Of a stretch of 64,000 bases of DNA, positions 29,009 to 37,954 are shown piece after piece; within the stretch, counting starts at the first letter, position 1; each line of letters opens with the position of its first letter. Under the pieces are notes generated by a model. The model was not told the DNA's origin and made no database searches. It was given only the letters and a program-made list of their open reading frames with translations. Origin of the DNA: Candidatus Curtissbacteria bacterium (lineage in GTDB: Bacteria; Patescibacteriota; Microgenomatia; Curtissbacterales; GWA2-41-24). A program made the translations under genes and the position numbers. The stretch lies in the NCBI GenBank assembly GCA_016183325.1, contig JACPEV010000011.1, forward strand, positions 36,782 through 100,781, read 5' to 3'.

Positions 29009-31279
29009 CTAGTGACTAGCAACTAGTTTCTTTTCTGTTTCATAGATCAATTGTCTGGTATCATCAATCCGATCGGGATTAACTGAAATGGAAGAAATCC
29101 CCCATGAAATCAATTTTTCCACAAGCTCTGGGTAAACAGATGGAGCTTGGCCGCAGATAGAGCATAAAACTCGATTCTTAACACATGTTTTGACTACCTT
29201 TTCTAATGCCCAAAGAACGGCCTTGTCCATTTCATTAAACTGGCTGGCGACTTCTTCGTTGTCTCTGTCTGTTCCTAAGATCAGCATCGTTAAATCGTTA
29301 GAACCAATGGAGACTCCATCAATACCAAGTTTTAAAAACTGCTCAAGAAGTATGACATTTGCAGGAATTTCGGCCATCATCCAGAATTGAAAACTTGGAT
29401 CTTTAAACAAATTGGCCTCTTCTACCATCTCTTTGACATTTTTGAGTTCGTTTGGAGTTCTTACGAAGGGAATCATAAGTTGCAAATTTGGATGCTTTTG
29501 ACGAACTTGAAGAATGGCAGACAGTTCAAGTTTGAATACATCAGGGTCTTTTACGTATCGAAATGCTCCCCTGTAGCCTAACATGGGGTTTGCTTCTTTG
29601 GGTTCAAACTTATCCCCTCCTTTAAGGTCTTTATATTCGTTCGATTTAAGATCACTGGCTCTATAGATTACGGACCTTTCGCCGAAAGCTTTAGCAAAAA
29701 CAACTAGTTTATCTGACAGCATGTTTATAAAGTCCTCTTTTTTACCTTCTTTTAAAAATACCTTGGGATGAGTTCCGATTTCGGCAAGAATGAATTCTGC
29801 TCTTAAAAGTCCTATTCCGTCGACTGGCTTTGCAGCTATTTGGACGGCCATTTGAGGACTGGAGAGATTAACCAAAAGTTTTGTGGCAGTTTTAGTGACG
29901 AGACGAAGCGATTCTTTGTTGGCTAAATGTAGTTCTGAGGGCTTGAGCCTACTTCCTTCAAAAACCAAACCTTTGGCGCCATCGACGGTGACTGTCATAC
30001 CACTTTTGAGTTTGTGTGTTGCTCCCTCGGCGCCAACAATGCAAGAAATGCCAAATTCTCTGGCAACTATAGCGGCGTGTGAAGTACGTCCACCTTTTTC
30101 AGTAATAACAGCGGCAGCTTTTTTCATCGCTTGAACGTAATCTGGGTTGGTCATTTTTGCAACTAAAACATCACCTTTTTGGACTTTTGTTAGTTCTTTT
30201 GGTGAGTTTATGACTACGACTGTCCCTGTAGCAATTATTGGAGATGCAGGAGAACCTGTTAATATCGGCGAATGGTGAATAGTGAATGGTGAATGGATAG
30301 TTCCTCTGTCTTCCATTCTCAATTTTCCATTTTCCAGTGTGGTGACCGGCCGTGTTTGAACAATATATAACTTCTTATTCTCGTAAGCCCACTCGATATC
30401 TTGAGGGAAAAAATAATGTTTTTCTATTCTTGCGCCGAGCCTTGCAAGTTCAATAATTTTTTCATCCGGAAGTTTTTGGGTTTTTCTAAATTCCCTGGCG
30501 ATTGTTATCAGTTTATTGCCATTTTTACTCTTGACTAATTGTTTATCTTGGGACTGGATATTCTTTTTGGTTATTTGAAGCGTTTTTTTGTCGACTTCGT
30601 AGTGATCCGGTGTAACCTGTCCACTTACGATCAGTTCTCCAAGACCGAAGGCTGACTCTATAATTATTTTGCCTTTATCATTTGTAATTGGATCTACGGT
30701 AAACATAACCCCAGAAACCTCCGACTGGACCATTTTTTGAACAGGAACGGCGATGCCAACTTTAAAATGGTCAAATTTTTTTTGCACCCGGTAGAAAATG
30801 CTTCTGCCTTCAAAAAGTGAAGCCCACGTGGATAAAATTGCTTCTTTTAGCGCTTTTTTGCCTCGAATATTAAGAAAGGTTGCTTGCTGGCCAGCAAAGG
30901 AGGCACTAGGGAGGTCTTCCGCCGTTGCCGACGAACGAACAGCAACATAGTCTTTGCCTTGAGAAAGTTTGTTATAAAACGTGTCTATTTTACGCGCAAG
31001 CGCTGAATCTAATTGAATGTTTTTTATCTCTTTTTGAGCGCCTTCCGCAGCCTTTTGAAGTGCCAGGGGGTCGTCAACATTAAGACCATACAGAAGGCCT
31101 TTTATACGATCCAGCGCTCCTGAGGATCTGACGTTTTGGAAATACGCCTGAGAGGTAATTATAAAACCATTGGGAATCGGGATCTTAAATCGGGTGAGTT
31201 CGCCAAGATTAGCACCTTTACCACCAACGATCACACCGTCATTTTTGTCAACTTGTTCAAACCAAACAATATTTTCCAT
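29009..31279 (-). CDS. ppsA: Phosphoenolpyruvate synthase
   Basis: GGKGANLGE, VRSSATAED, GGRTSHAAI, NPMLGYRG, SIGSNDLT. Confidence 0.96.
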   Translation of the reverse strand: MENIVWFEQVDKNDGVIVGGKGANLGELTRFKIPIPNGFIITSQAYFQNVRSSGALDRIKGLLYGLNVDDPLALQKAAEGAQKEIKNIQLDSALARKIDTFYNKLSQGKDYVAVRSSATAEDLPSASFAGQQATFLNIRGKKALKEAILSTWASLFEGRSIFYRVQKKFDHFKVGIAVPVQKMVQSEVSGVMFTVDPITNDKGKIIIESAFGLGELIVSGQVTPDHYEVDKKTLQITKKNIQSQDKQLVKSKNGNKLITIAREFRKTQKLPDEKIIELARLGARIEKHYFFPQDIEWAYENKKLYIVQTRPVTTLENGKLRMEDRGTIHSPFTIHHSPILTGSPASPIIATGTVVVINSPKELTKVQKGDVLVAKMTNPDYVQAMKKAAAVITEKGGRTSHAAIVAREFGISCIVGAEGATHKLKSGMTVTVDGAKGLVFEGSRLKPSELHLANKESLRLVTKTATKLLVNLSSPQMAVQIAAKPVDGIGLLRAEFILAEIGTHPKVFLKEGKKEDFINMLSDKLVVFAKAFGERSVIYRASDLKSNEYKDLKGGDKFEPKEANPMLGYRGAFRYVKDPDVFKLELSAILQVRQKHPNLQLMIPFVRTPNELKNVKEMVEEANLFKDPSFQFWMMAEIPANVILLEQFLKLGIDGVSIGSNDLTMLILGTDRDNEEVASQFNEMDKAVLWALEKVVKTCVKNRVLCSICGQAPSVYPELVEKLISWGISSISVNPDRIDDTRQLIYETEKKLVASH

Positions 31280-31307
31280 GTGGGCAGTATTAGATTTATT
31301 GTAGCAT

Positions 31308-31997
31308 TTAGAAAGAGAGATATTTAAGAAGAAGGACGGAAATTAGTGTTTGACCATTTAAGTTGGTCGCACCTGTTTTTATAAGTGAATCTATTTTTAA
31401 AGCTCCATTGTAAAGATTGATGAGTGTTTTAAGGTTAAACCGCTGGGCTTGAAGGCGATATTTTTCCCATTGCCAATCGGCAATATTTTTGCCGCTTACT
31501 TTCCTTGAAATTTCCAAGTTAAAGCTCAATTTCGCAAGAATCAGAAGGAGAATTCTTGAGGTTAAGTGATAGATTAAATTTGTCTCTTTGCTTCCAAGGA
31601 ACGACAATTGCTCTAAGGCTTTTTTTGCATCGTTAGAAAGGGAATCTAAAAAGCGAAATATTTGTGGTTGGGGTTTGAAATTTTCAATGGAAGCATATTT
31701 TTTTAATTTTACAAGCAAAGAAGCCGGAACTTGAGAATGTTCCCAAAAAATCACGGTTTGATCACTGGTGATCTTTGCAAAAACGTCAGTTTTGATCTTT
31801 TTGCCAGAGATGAGATTTTCGCAAATGATGATTTTTTCAGCACTGATAAGATCTTGTGAAAAAACCGACAAATAAAAGTCTTCTTCTGAATTTTTTTCTG
31901 TAAGTTTTATTTTTTGATGTCTTGGGAAACCTGCCAGAATTTGAGTCAATCTCTGATAAGCGGAGTTGGTATCTTCACCGTGAAGTACGTAGAGCAT
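31308..31997 (-). CDS. DNA polymerase III delta (HolA)-like protein, reduced form
   Basis: MLYVLHGED N-terminus, IFRFLDSL, IDSLIKTG C-terminus. Confidence 0.7.
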   Translation of the reverse strand: MLYVLHGEDTNSAYQRLTQILAGFPRHQKIKLTEKNSEEDFYLSVFSQDLISAEKIIICENLISGKKIKTDVFAKITSDQTVIFWEHSQVPASLLVKLKKYASIENFKPQPQIFRFLDSLSNDAKKALEQLSFLGSKETNLIYHLTSRILLLILAKLSFNLEISRKVSGKNIADWQWEKYRLQAQRFNLKTLINLYNGALKIDSLIKTGATNLNGQTLISVLLLKYLSF

Positions 31998-32003
31998 CTT
32001 GAC

Positions 32004-32261
32004 TTAGCCGGTTTTTATAACGTCGCTGTTTTCTTTAACCTCTTTGTCTACCTTGAGACCAAATTCATCGCCTGATTTGGCAATATCAATATTTGCGCGT
32101 TCTATCTGCATTGAGGAAACTTCCTGAGTAAATTCCGTTCCGTCTCTTGTTACAAGTTTCACCTTATCACCAACTTTCAAATCACCTTTTGAAAGCTTAA
32201 CAACGGCAACGCCGATTTTATCATAGTAGTGGGAAATTTTCCCGATTTTTTTATCTGCTAT
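32004..32261 (-). CDS. EF-Tu domain II-like small beta-barrel protein (85 aa), apparent ATA start
   Basis: Manual translation (M)ADKKIGKISHYYDKIGVAVVKLSKGDLKVGDKV...SMQIE...GDEFGLKV; absent from the ORF track. Confidence 0.75.
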   Translation of the reverse strand: MADKKIGKISHYYDKIGVAVVKLSKGDLKVGDKVKLVTRDGTEFTQEVSSMQIERANIDIAKSGDEFGLKVDKEVKENSDVIKTG

Positions 32262-32374
32262 TTTTGATCACCACCCTTCATTACTTTAAGGGCAAACCTC
32301 CGGTTTTCTCCCTAGGGTCGATCTTTTAGATCAGACCTTAATATTCCCTTTCCCTTTTCAATTGTATTATTAGA

Positions 32375-32578
32375 TTAATTGCTTTCTGGCTTTTCTTCAA
32401 GTAGCTTGTTGATTTTGGCTTGGGCACTTTTTAATTTTTCTTGGCATTTTTTATGAAGTTCGATGCCTTCGGCGAGAAGTTCAACAGCCTCTTCTAAATC
32501 AAGGTCTTGACTTTCCAGTTTTTCGACAATTTCTTCAAGCCTTTCAATCGCCTTTTTGAAGTTTAAGTCCTTGGCCAT
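32375..32578 (-). CDS. xseB: Exodeoxyribonuclease VII small subunit
   Basis: FKKAIERLEEIVEKLES...LEEAVELLAEGIEL...C. Confidence 0.92.
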   Translation of the reverse strand: MAKDLNFKKAIERLEEIVEKLESQDLDLEEAVELLAEGIELHKKCQEKLKSAQAKINKLLEEKPESN

Positions 32579-33866
32579 ATGTTTGACTAGTTGGCTGATC
32601 CTCCTTAGTCAGGATTTTTGATGTTACTTTCCCTCTGTGAAATTGTACTTTAAGTTTGGAGCCGATGGCAACCTGGGAAGAGTTTTTGATGACACGATTA
32701 CTTTCATCAGTTGTAATACTATATCCACGAGCTAGCGTGTTTAATGGCGAAAGAATGATCAGCTTTTCGTTAAGGCTGTTAAGTAAACTGGATTTCTCCT
32801 GCAAAAAATATTTGCTGGTGTTTTTGATGGAAACGAGGTATGTTTCAAGTTTTTGAGAATTTTTGACAATAATTCGATCTTCTGCCGTTTTGAGGCTTTG
32901 TTTTAGGAAATCGAGATGGCGCGGGAACTGTTGGAATTTTTCTTTATGGTAGGCGAGCCTGTGGAATGTTAAATCAAGTGTTTGAGAACTTGAAGAGATC
33001 AGTCTTGCGATCGACTTTTCGAGAAGATCTCGGTAGGCTGTCAATTTTTCTTCTAAGGATAAAAAATCTGCAGTTATTATTTTGGCAGCATCTGTCGGGG
33101 TTGAAGCGGCAATATCGGCCACAAGCTGGGCAATGGTGACATCTTTTTCGTGGCCGACACCGACGACTATCGTGGTTTTGGCGTGGAAAATACTGTGTGC
33201 AACTTTCTCATCGTTGAAAGCAGCAAGGTCTTCAAGAGAACCACCGCCTCTAACAAGAACAATGGCGTCGAAACCGCCTTTCTCCGCTTTCTGAATAGCT
33301 TTGACAATCTGATTGACTGCGGAAGATCCCTGAACCATAACATCAAACAAAGTGACATTTATGACGGGAAAGCGATCAACGCTATGCCGTTTGAAATCAA
33401 ACCAGGCATCGGCAATTTTGCTGGTGATGACGGCAATTTTTGTGGGGTATGATGGTAAAGGCTTTTTGCGAGACTTATCAAAATAGCCTTTTTGCTCGAG
33501 TTTCTTTTTGAGTTTTTCAAGTTCGGCCAAAAGAATCCCTTCGCCAAACTGTTCAAGCTGGTGAATGTACATTTGAAATGTGCCGTCCCTTTCATAAAGA
33601 GAAAGATTGCCAAGAGCTAGGACTTTGATACCGTCGGCCATTGCAAAATCGACAGATTGAAAAATCGAAGGTTCCAAAATACAGGGGAGTTTATAGCCAG
33701 TGTTGGGATCTTTTAGGTCGAAGTAAAGATAACGATAATGATGGTTTAATCCTTTGAAAGAGGAAATTTCGCCCTCGACCCAGAATGACATGTTCTCGAG
33801 CGTTTGGCGGGTAAGCGCATTAACCTCTGAAACGCTATATACGGACTTACCGTCAATTGTTTTCAT
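32544..33866 (-). CDS. xseA: Exodeoxyribonuclease VII large subunit
   Basis: WVEGEIS, YFDLKD, RGGGSLEDLAAFN, GVGHE, TPTDAA, LARGYS. Confidence 0.95.
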   Translation of the reverse strand: MKTIDGKSVYSVSEVNALTRQTLENMSFWVEGEISSFKGLNHHYRYLYFDLKDPNTGYKLPCILEPSIFQSVDFAMADGIKVLALGNLSLYERDGTFQMYIHQLEQFGEGILLAELEKLKKKLEQKGYFDKSRKKPLPSYPTKIAVITSKIADAWFDFKRHSVDRFPVINVTLFDVMVQGSSAVNQIVKAIQKAEKGGFDAIVLVRGGGSLEDLAAFNDEKVAHSIFHAKTTIVVGVGHEKDVTIAQLVADIAASTPTDAAKIITADFLSLEEKLTAYRDLLEKSIARLISSSSQTLDLTFHRLAYHKEKFQQFPRHLDFLKQSLKTAEDRIIVKNSQKLETYLVSIKNTSKYFLQEKSSLLNSLNEKLIILSPLNTLARGYSITTDESNRVIKNSSQVAIGSKLKVQFHRGKVTSKILTKEDQPTSQTYGQGLKLQKGD

Positions 33867-33899
33867 TTTTCAAAGTATAGCATTTTTGACCTGACACAT

Positions 33900-33959
33900 A
33901 TTGATATTTTAAAGTACTAGATTTGGTCTGTTGACATGAAATCTTTCATATATTATATT
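33900..33959 (+). promoter_or_regulatory. Sigma70 promoter, copy 1, with conserved upstream block
   Basis: GTACTAGATTTGGTCTG-TTGACA(33931)-N17-TATATT(33954). Confidence 0.75.
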
Positions 33960-33964
33960 GTCCC

Positions 33965-34025
33965 ATGCTTATCGCAAGATAGGCAATTTGAAAGGGCTTC
34001 TCGCAAGAGAGGCCTTTTCTTTTTT
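33965..34025 (+). ncRNA. Candidate ~60-nt two-hairpin small RNA, copy 1
   Basis: TGCTTATC-GCAA-GATAGGCA, then terminator-like GAAAGGGCTTCTC-GCAA-GAGAGGCCTTTTC plus T-run. Confidence 0.6.
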
Positions 34026-34075
34026 GATGGTAGAAGGTAGAAGATAGAAGATGGAATGTGAGGATAGAAGGTAGA
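34026..34075 (+). repeat. Heptamer tandem array (GRTAGAA-like), left arm
   Basis: gatggtagaaggtagaagatagaagatggaa...gatagaaggtagac. Confidence 0.8.
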
Positions 34076-34077
34076 CA

Positions 34078-34440
34078 TTAGAAAGATTTCCAGTTCCTGC
34101 GAAGATTTGTTAATTTACCACCTAGCATTTGATATCTTTTAAGTAAAGCCTCGCAAAAATCTTTTTCCCAATAGTTTAAATCTCTTGCTGTATCTATGTG
34201 CACTTCCATTTCATTTGCAGACCCAAGTAAACTGTCAAGGTGTTTTTTAAATTCCTTCTCGAATCTTCTCTTCGCCCATCCTTCAGCAATGTTAGAGGGG
34301 CAAGATTTTGAAGCTCTTCTCATTTGCGATGCCAAATCGTTTCTCTCGTAAACAGGAAATTTCTCAACTGCTTTATGGACAATCAGCATCAGCTGGTAAG
34401 CCTCTTGGTATACTTCGAGGTCGCGAAAACTCTTGATCAT
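34078..34440 (-). CDS. Four helix bundle protein (23S rRNA IVP / TIGR02436-like, Avd-related fold)
   Basis: MIKSFRDLEVYQ...FPVYERNDLASQMRRASKSCPSNIAEG...GSANE; start 34440 preferred. Confidence 0.92.
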   Translation of the reverse strand: MIKSFRDLEVYQEAYQLMLIVHKAVEKFPVYERNDLASQMRRASKSCPSNIAEGWAKRRFEKEFKKHLDSLLGSANEMEVHIDTARDLNYWEKDFCEALLKRYQMLGGKLTNLRRNWKSF

Positions 34441-34480
34441 TTTGCTTTTAAGGAAAGGGTTGCACTTTCTATCGGTACAT

Positions 34481-34537
34481 TTCAAATCTATACTCTATCA
34501 TCAAAATCTACCGTCTACCCTCAATCATCTATCATCT
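34481..34537 (+). repeat. Heptamer tandem array (TCTAYCA-like), right arm
   Basis: tctatac tctatca tcaaaa tctaccg tctaccc tcaatca tctatca. Confidence 0.8.
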
Positions 34538-34554
34538 AATTATGATTGATCTAA

Positions 34555-34614
34555 ATTGATATTCTTAGGTACTAGATTTGGTCTGTTGACAAGGGTCGTT
34601 TACTAGTATATATT
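34555..34614 (+). promoter_or_regulatory. Sigma70 promoter, copy 2
   Basis: GTACTAGATTTGGTCTG-TTGACA(34586)-N17-TATATT(34609). Confidence 0.75.
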
Positions 34615-34619
34615 TGTCG

Positions 34620-34679
34620 ATGCTTATCGCAAGATAGGCAATGAAAGGGCTTAGGGGGTAACTCTTAAGCCTTTTCTTC
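34620..34679 (+). ncRNA. Candidate ~60-nt two-hairpin small RNA, copy 2
   Basis: Identical 5' hairpin; second hairpin GAAAGGGCTTAGGGG-GTAA-CTCTTAAGCCTTTTC. Confidence 0.6.
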
Positions 34680-34681
34680 AT

Positions 34682-35392
34682 TTAGAAATACCTCAGCGTA
34701 CTTGACATGTCCCCTAGAATTTTTTCATAATTTGCGACGTTGTCTTTGGCATCCAGCTGTTGGTAATAAAGAACGAGAGGTGTTTGAGAATCGAAAATTA
34801 AAAAACTTAATTTTTCAAATCCTCGTGGAATCGTGCCGGCTCCCGTGGCCACAGATCTAATTTTTTTAACCGATCTACCATCTATAACGATGCTTACACT
34901 TGAAAGAATACTTTGAAAGTCGTTGGGATTATCATAAAATTTAACCGTTGAGAGCCAGTCTTCTATTTTTACTGGTTCAATTCTGACGGGTACAATATTG
35001 TTTTGGGTTTTAGAATTGACTACAAATGAAAACGGCGCAAAAAAAGTGCATTTTTGTTCCTCTAGGTCATATGTTGTAAACCAGTCCTTGGGATAAGCTA
35101 CTTCGAAACCGTAAAGGGTGTTTGAACAAAGCTTGACAAATGAGGAGATAACAGTTCCAGACTGAACGTCCGTGCCGGGAAGCGGCTGCTCAATTGTATT
35201 GTCAGCAGCCTTATTTTCAATTTTAGATCTTAGAATTTGCCCAAAATCCGAATTCTTTCCAAGAATGAAAAATATGAGGCCATAGACAACGAGGAAAATT
35301 AAAATTGATGTTACTTTAAGGTATTTCTTAAGATTTAAAAGCGTGAGATTTATAAGCGTCAACTTACTCTCCCTTAATTCAGGATAAAGCAA
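34682..35392 (-). CDS. Membrane-anchored hypothetical protein (PsbP-like)
   Basis: TM helix, NTLYGFEVAYPKDW, IDGRSVKK. Confidence 0.6.
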   Translation of the reverse strand: MLYPELRESKLTLINLTLLNLKKYLKVTSILIFLVVYGLIFFILGKNSDFGQILRSKIENKAADNTIEQPLPGTDVQSGTVISSFVKLCSNTLYGFEVAYPKDWFTTYDLEEQKCTFFAPFSFVVNSKTQNNIVPVRIEPVKIEDWLSTVKFYDNPNDFQSILSSVSIVIDGRSVKKIRSVATGAGTIPRGFEKLSFLIFDSQTPLVLYYQQLDAKDNVANYEKILGDMSSTLRYF

Positions 35393-35419
35393 AGTCTGCG
35401 CTTAGAGCAAGGGTTGGAA

Positions 35420-35653
35420 TTAAACTTGCGGTTGACCGCCGGTTTGACCGCCGGTTGAATTTTCACCCTCATCCGGAGAACCTACACTTGGCTCTTGGGT
35501 AACCGGGGGTGGAGGTGGAAGTTCTTCTTCGCCAGGTGCCGTAACTGGTGGTTCAGGTGGCGGCGGTGTTGGTTGACCTTGATCGGTGACTGGCGGTACT
35601 TGCGGTACAGCAGGGTTCGGACCACCGGGTTGATTTTGATCGTTTGGATCCAT
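35420..35653 (-). CDS. Pro/Gln-rich low-complexity protein
   Basis: RBS AAAGGAGG upstream; 77-aa ORF. Confidence 0.6.
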   Translation of the reverse strand: MDPNDQNQPGGPNPAVPQVPPVTDQGQPTPPPPEPPVTAPGEEELPPPPPVTQEPSVGSPDEGENSTGGQTGGQPQV

Positions 35654-35735
35654 CTATGTATTCCTCCTTTCTAATATTGTAACAAAATAATCTCACCATT
35701 TGTAAACCCCCGTAAAAATTTAGCAACAAAATACT

Positions 35736-36800
35736 CTAAATTTTGAACGAAGTAACGTAATTAAAAAGATTTCTAGGGAAATCAAAAAATTTTGATAATT
35801 CGGGAAAACGATAGCTGGCAGTCTGAGGCTGACTGTTATAAATATCAGCCAGTCTCCCGTTGATAGCATTTTGGCGAATTTTTACCGAAGCGAGTTTTGC
35901 AAAATTCTCTTTTTGGGAGATGAATTTTAATCTTTCTGCCAGTAACTTTTCGGCAATTTGTTCATTTTCTCTTTTAGCACCGGTTAAAACCTGGTAGGCT
36001 ATTTCCAGTTGGGTAGCGCCATCTTTTTCCAACTTGTCATCTTCGGAAAGAACTTCTGTAATTTTGGTGGCAGTTTTAATCAGAAGTTCAAGATAAGCCA
36101 GTTGGGTGTCATGATACTGCTGAAACTCTTGAGGAGGTTCAAGATGCGCTAAGTTTGCTAAAGTCTGATTGGCCTCTCCTTTAATCTTTTGGTAATAATC
36201 TATGATATCTTGGCCTTTTGCCAGTTGCCACAATGTTTCGTTGGTTAAAACAGGTAGATAGAAGTTAGGGCCAAGAGCAAGAAGCAGGTCTCTGGTAAAT
36301 TTTTGCTCCTTTTCAAGAGCCGCAAAAGTTTGCGCAGTTTGATCGTAGTATTGCTTGAGCTGGTCATGAATGTTTTGGAATTTTCCGGGAGGAGAAAGTT
36401 CTTCCAGTTGTTCCTTTTGGAAAAGGAGGGATTTTTGCACAGACTGGATATTGGCAATGGTTTTATTAAGATCATCGAGGGGAACAAAGAATCCAGATGA
36501 GGCGCTTGACGCTTCTTTGAGCTCGTCAATAATTTTGACTTTTGTTCCCAGGACTTTGAATGTATTTAAGGTTTCTTCGATTGATTGATTAGTACCTATA
36601 AAGCCACTTGAAGCGATTTCCAGGTATTGATTTTGATATCTTACTGGCTGTAGCTTTTGATACTGCCAATATAAAAATGCACTAGATGATCCTAAAAGCA
36701 CGAAAGTTAACCCAACCATGAAAAGCAAAATTTTTTGCAAAGTGGAAACCCTTGGCTTTTCTAAAAATTGGACGTAGTTCTTATATGACTGGATAAGCAT
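35736..36800 (-). CDS. Membrane-anchored coiled-coil hypothetical protein
   Basis: One TM helix followed by helical repeats. Confidence 0.65.
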   Translation of the reverse strand: MLIQSYKNYVQFLEKPRVSTLQKILLFMVGLTFVLLGSSSAFLYWQYQKLQPVRYQNQYLEIASSGFIGTNQSIEETLNTFKVLGTKVKIIDELKEASSASSGFFVPLDDLNKTIANIQSVQKSLLFQKEQLEELSPPGKFQNIHDQLKQYYDQTAQTFAALEKEQKFTRDLLLALGPNFYLPVLTNETLWQLAKGQDIIDYYQKIKGEANQTLANLAHLEPPQEFQQYHDTQLAYLELLIKTATKITEVLSEDDKLEKDGATQLEIAYQVLTGAKRENEQIAEKLLAERLKFISQKENFAKLASVKIRQNAINGRLADIYNSQPQTASYRFPELSKFFDFPRNLFNYVTSFKI

Positions 36801-36832
36801 AAATTCGATTTATTTTTATTGTATGCTACTTT

Positions 36833-37504
36833 TTATTCTTTGACTACCTGAGTATGCTGCGGCCAGGTAAAATACTTTGCGAAGATAAAACCGGTAGCGA
36901 AACCACCTGCATGTGCTACGTAGGCAACACCGCCTACTGAGGCTGAAGCAACAAGAATGGTAGCAACACCACTGAAGGCTTGAGTAATGAACCAATAGAC
37001 AAGCATGAAGGATGCTGGGATAGCAACAACAGCCGGAAAACCAAAAACCGGGATTAGGGTATCGATACTGTGCCTGGGGAAAAATTTAAGATAAGCTCCT
37101 AGAACTGCGGCAATGGCGCCTGATGCTCCAACCATTGGCAAAGTAGAACCTGATATAAACAGGTATTGTACAAAGCTTGCAGAAACTCCGCAGAAAATAT
37201 AAAAGAATAAGTATTTAACGTGTCCTACGGCTGCTTCGACGTTGTCTCCAAAAATCCATAAGAACCACATATTACTAAGAATATGCAAAAACCCCGCGTG
37301 CAAGAACATTGAAGTAACAAAAGGTCGGAGTGTTTCGAAGTTTAAAAAATTTATATTTTGGGGAATAAGAGCGTAGGTTGCTATAAATAGATCAATATCA
37401 GGAGTTATGAGCTGATAGTAAAAAACGTAGAGGTTGGCAACTATCAATGCTAAGTTGATAATGGGGAATTTACCCGAGCTGTGACTATCGCGAATCGGAA
37501 ACAC
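36833..37504 (-). CDS. Rhomboid family intramembrane serine protease
   Basis: HAGFLHILSNM, GASGA, AHAGGF. Confidence 0.93.
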   Translation of the reverse strand: MFPIRDSHSSGKFPIINLALIVANLYVFYYQLITPDIDLFIATYALIPQNINFLNFETLRPFVTSMFLHAGFLHILSNMWFLWIFGDNVEAAVGHVKYLFFYIFCGVSASFVQYLFISGSTLPMVGASGAIAAVLGAYLKFFPRHSIDTLIPVFGFPAVVAIPASFMLVYWFITQAFSGVATILVASASVGGVAYVAHAGGFATGFIFAKYFTWPQHTQVVKE

Positions 37505-37552
37505 TAGATATGTATTTTAAGTTAATGATCGTAAAATTAGCAATTAGACATC

Positions 37553-37581
37553 TTGATTTTCGGGTTTTCTTTGGATAGAAT
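37553..37581 (+). promoter_or_regulatory. Promoter with candidate LexA box
   Basis: TTGATT-N17-TAGAAT with TTCGGGTTTTCTTTGG in the spacer. Confidence 0.65.
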
Positions 37582-37677
37582 AACTATATTAAAAATCAAA
37601 ACTCAAAAATCAAAATTACATTCAAGAAATTTGTACTTGATCCCCATAATTTTGATATTTGATATTTAATATTTGGT

Positions 37678-37944
37678 ATGGCTTCTGACACATTTATCAA
37701 CGAACAAGTATCCGTCTGGGCTTTTTTTGACCCTTCGGCGGCGTCATCTCATATTTTCCCAATTGCCATGAATTGGCGAAGACGACTTGTCAAATTCCAA
37801 AAATTAATCCTTTCGACAACTAAAAGAGTTGGCGATGCAAAAATACTGAACTTAATTTGTGCTTCCGATACTGCCTGCTTTGAGCTTGAATATAACTCTG
37901 ACAGCCACTTGTGGAGACTAGTGAAAGTAATGAGTCAGGAGTAA
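37678..37944 (+). CDS. Small beta-rich protein (DUF6504-like) upstream of dinB
   Basis: INEQVSV...PIAMNWRRR...FELEYNSDSHLWRL. Confidence 0.65.
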   Translation: MASDTFINEQVSVWAFFDPSAASSHIFPIAMNWRRRLVKFQKLILSTTKRVGDAKILNLICASDTACFELEYNSDSHLWRLVKVMSQE

Positions 37945-37954
37945 CGAAGAAAAT

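Noticed and set aside
34078-34440. Diversity-generating retroelement (Avd-like gene plus repeats)
   Set aside because: No reverse transcriptase in the window, and the differences between the duplicated units are not adenine-specific TR/VR changes
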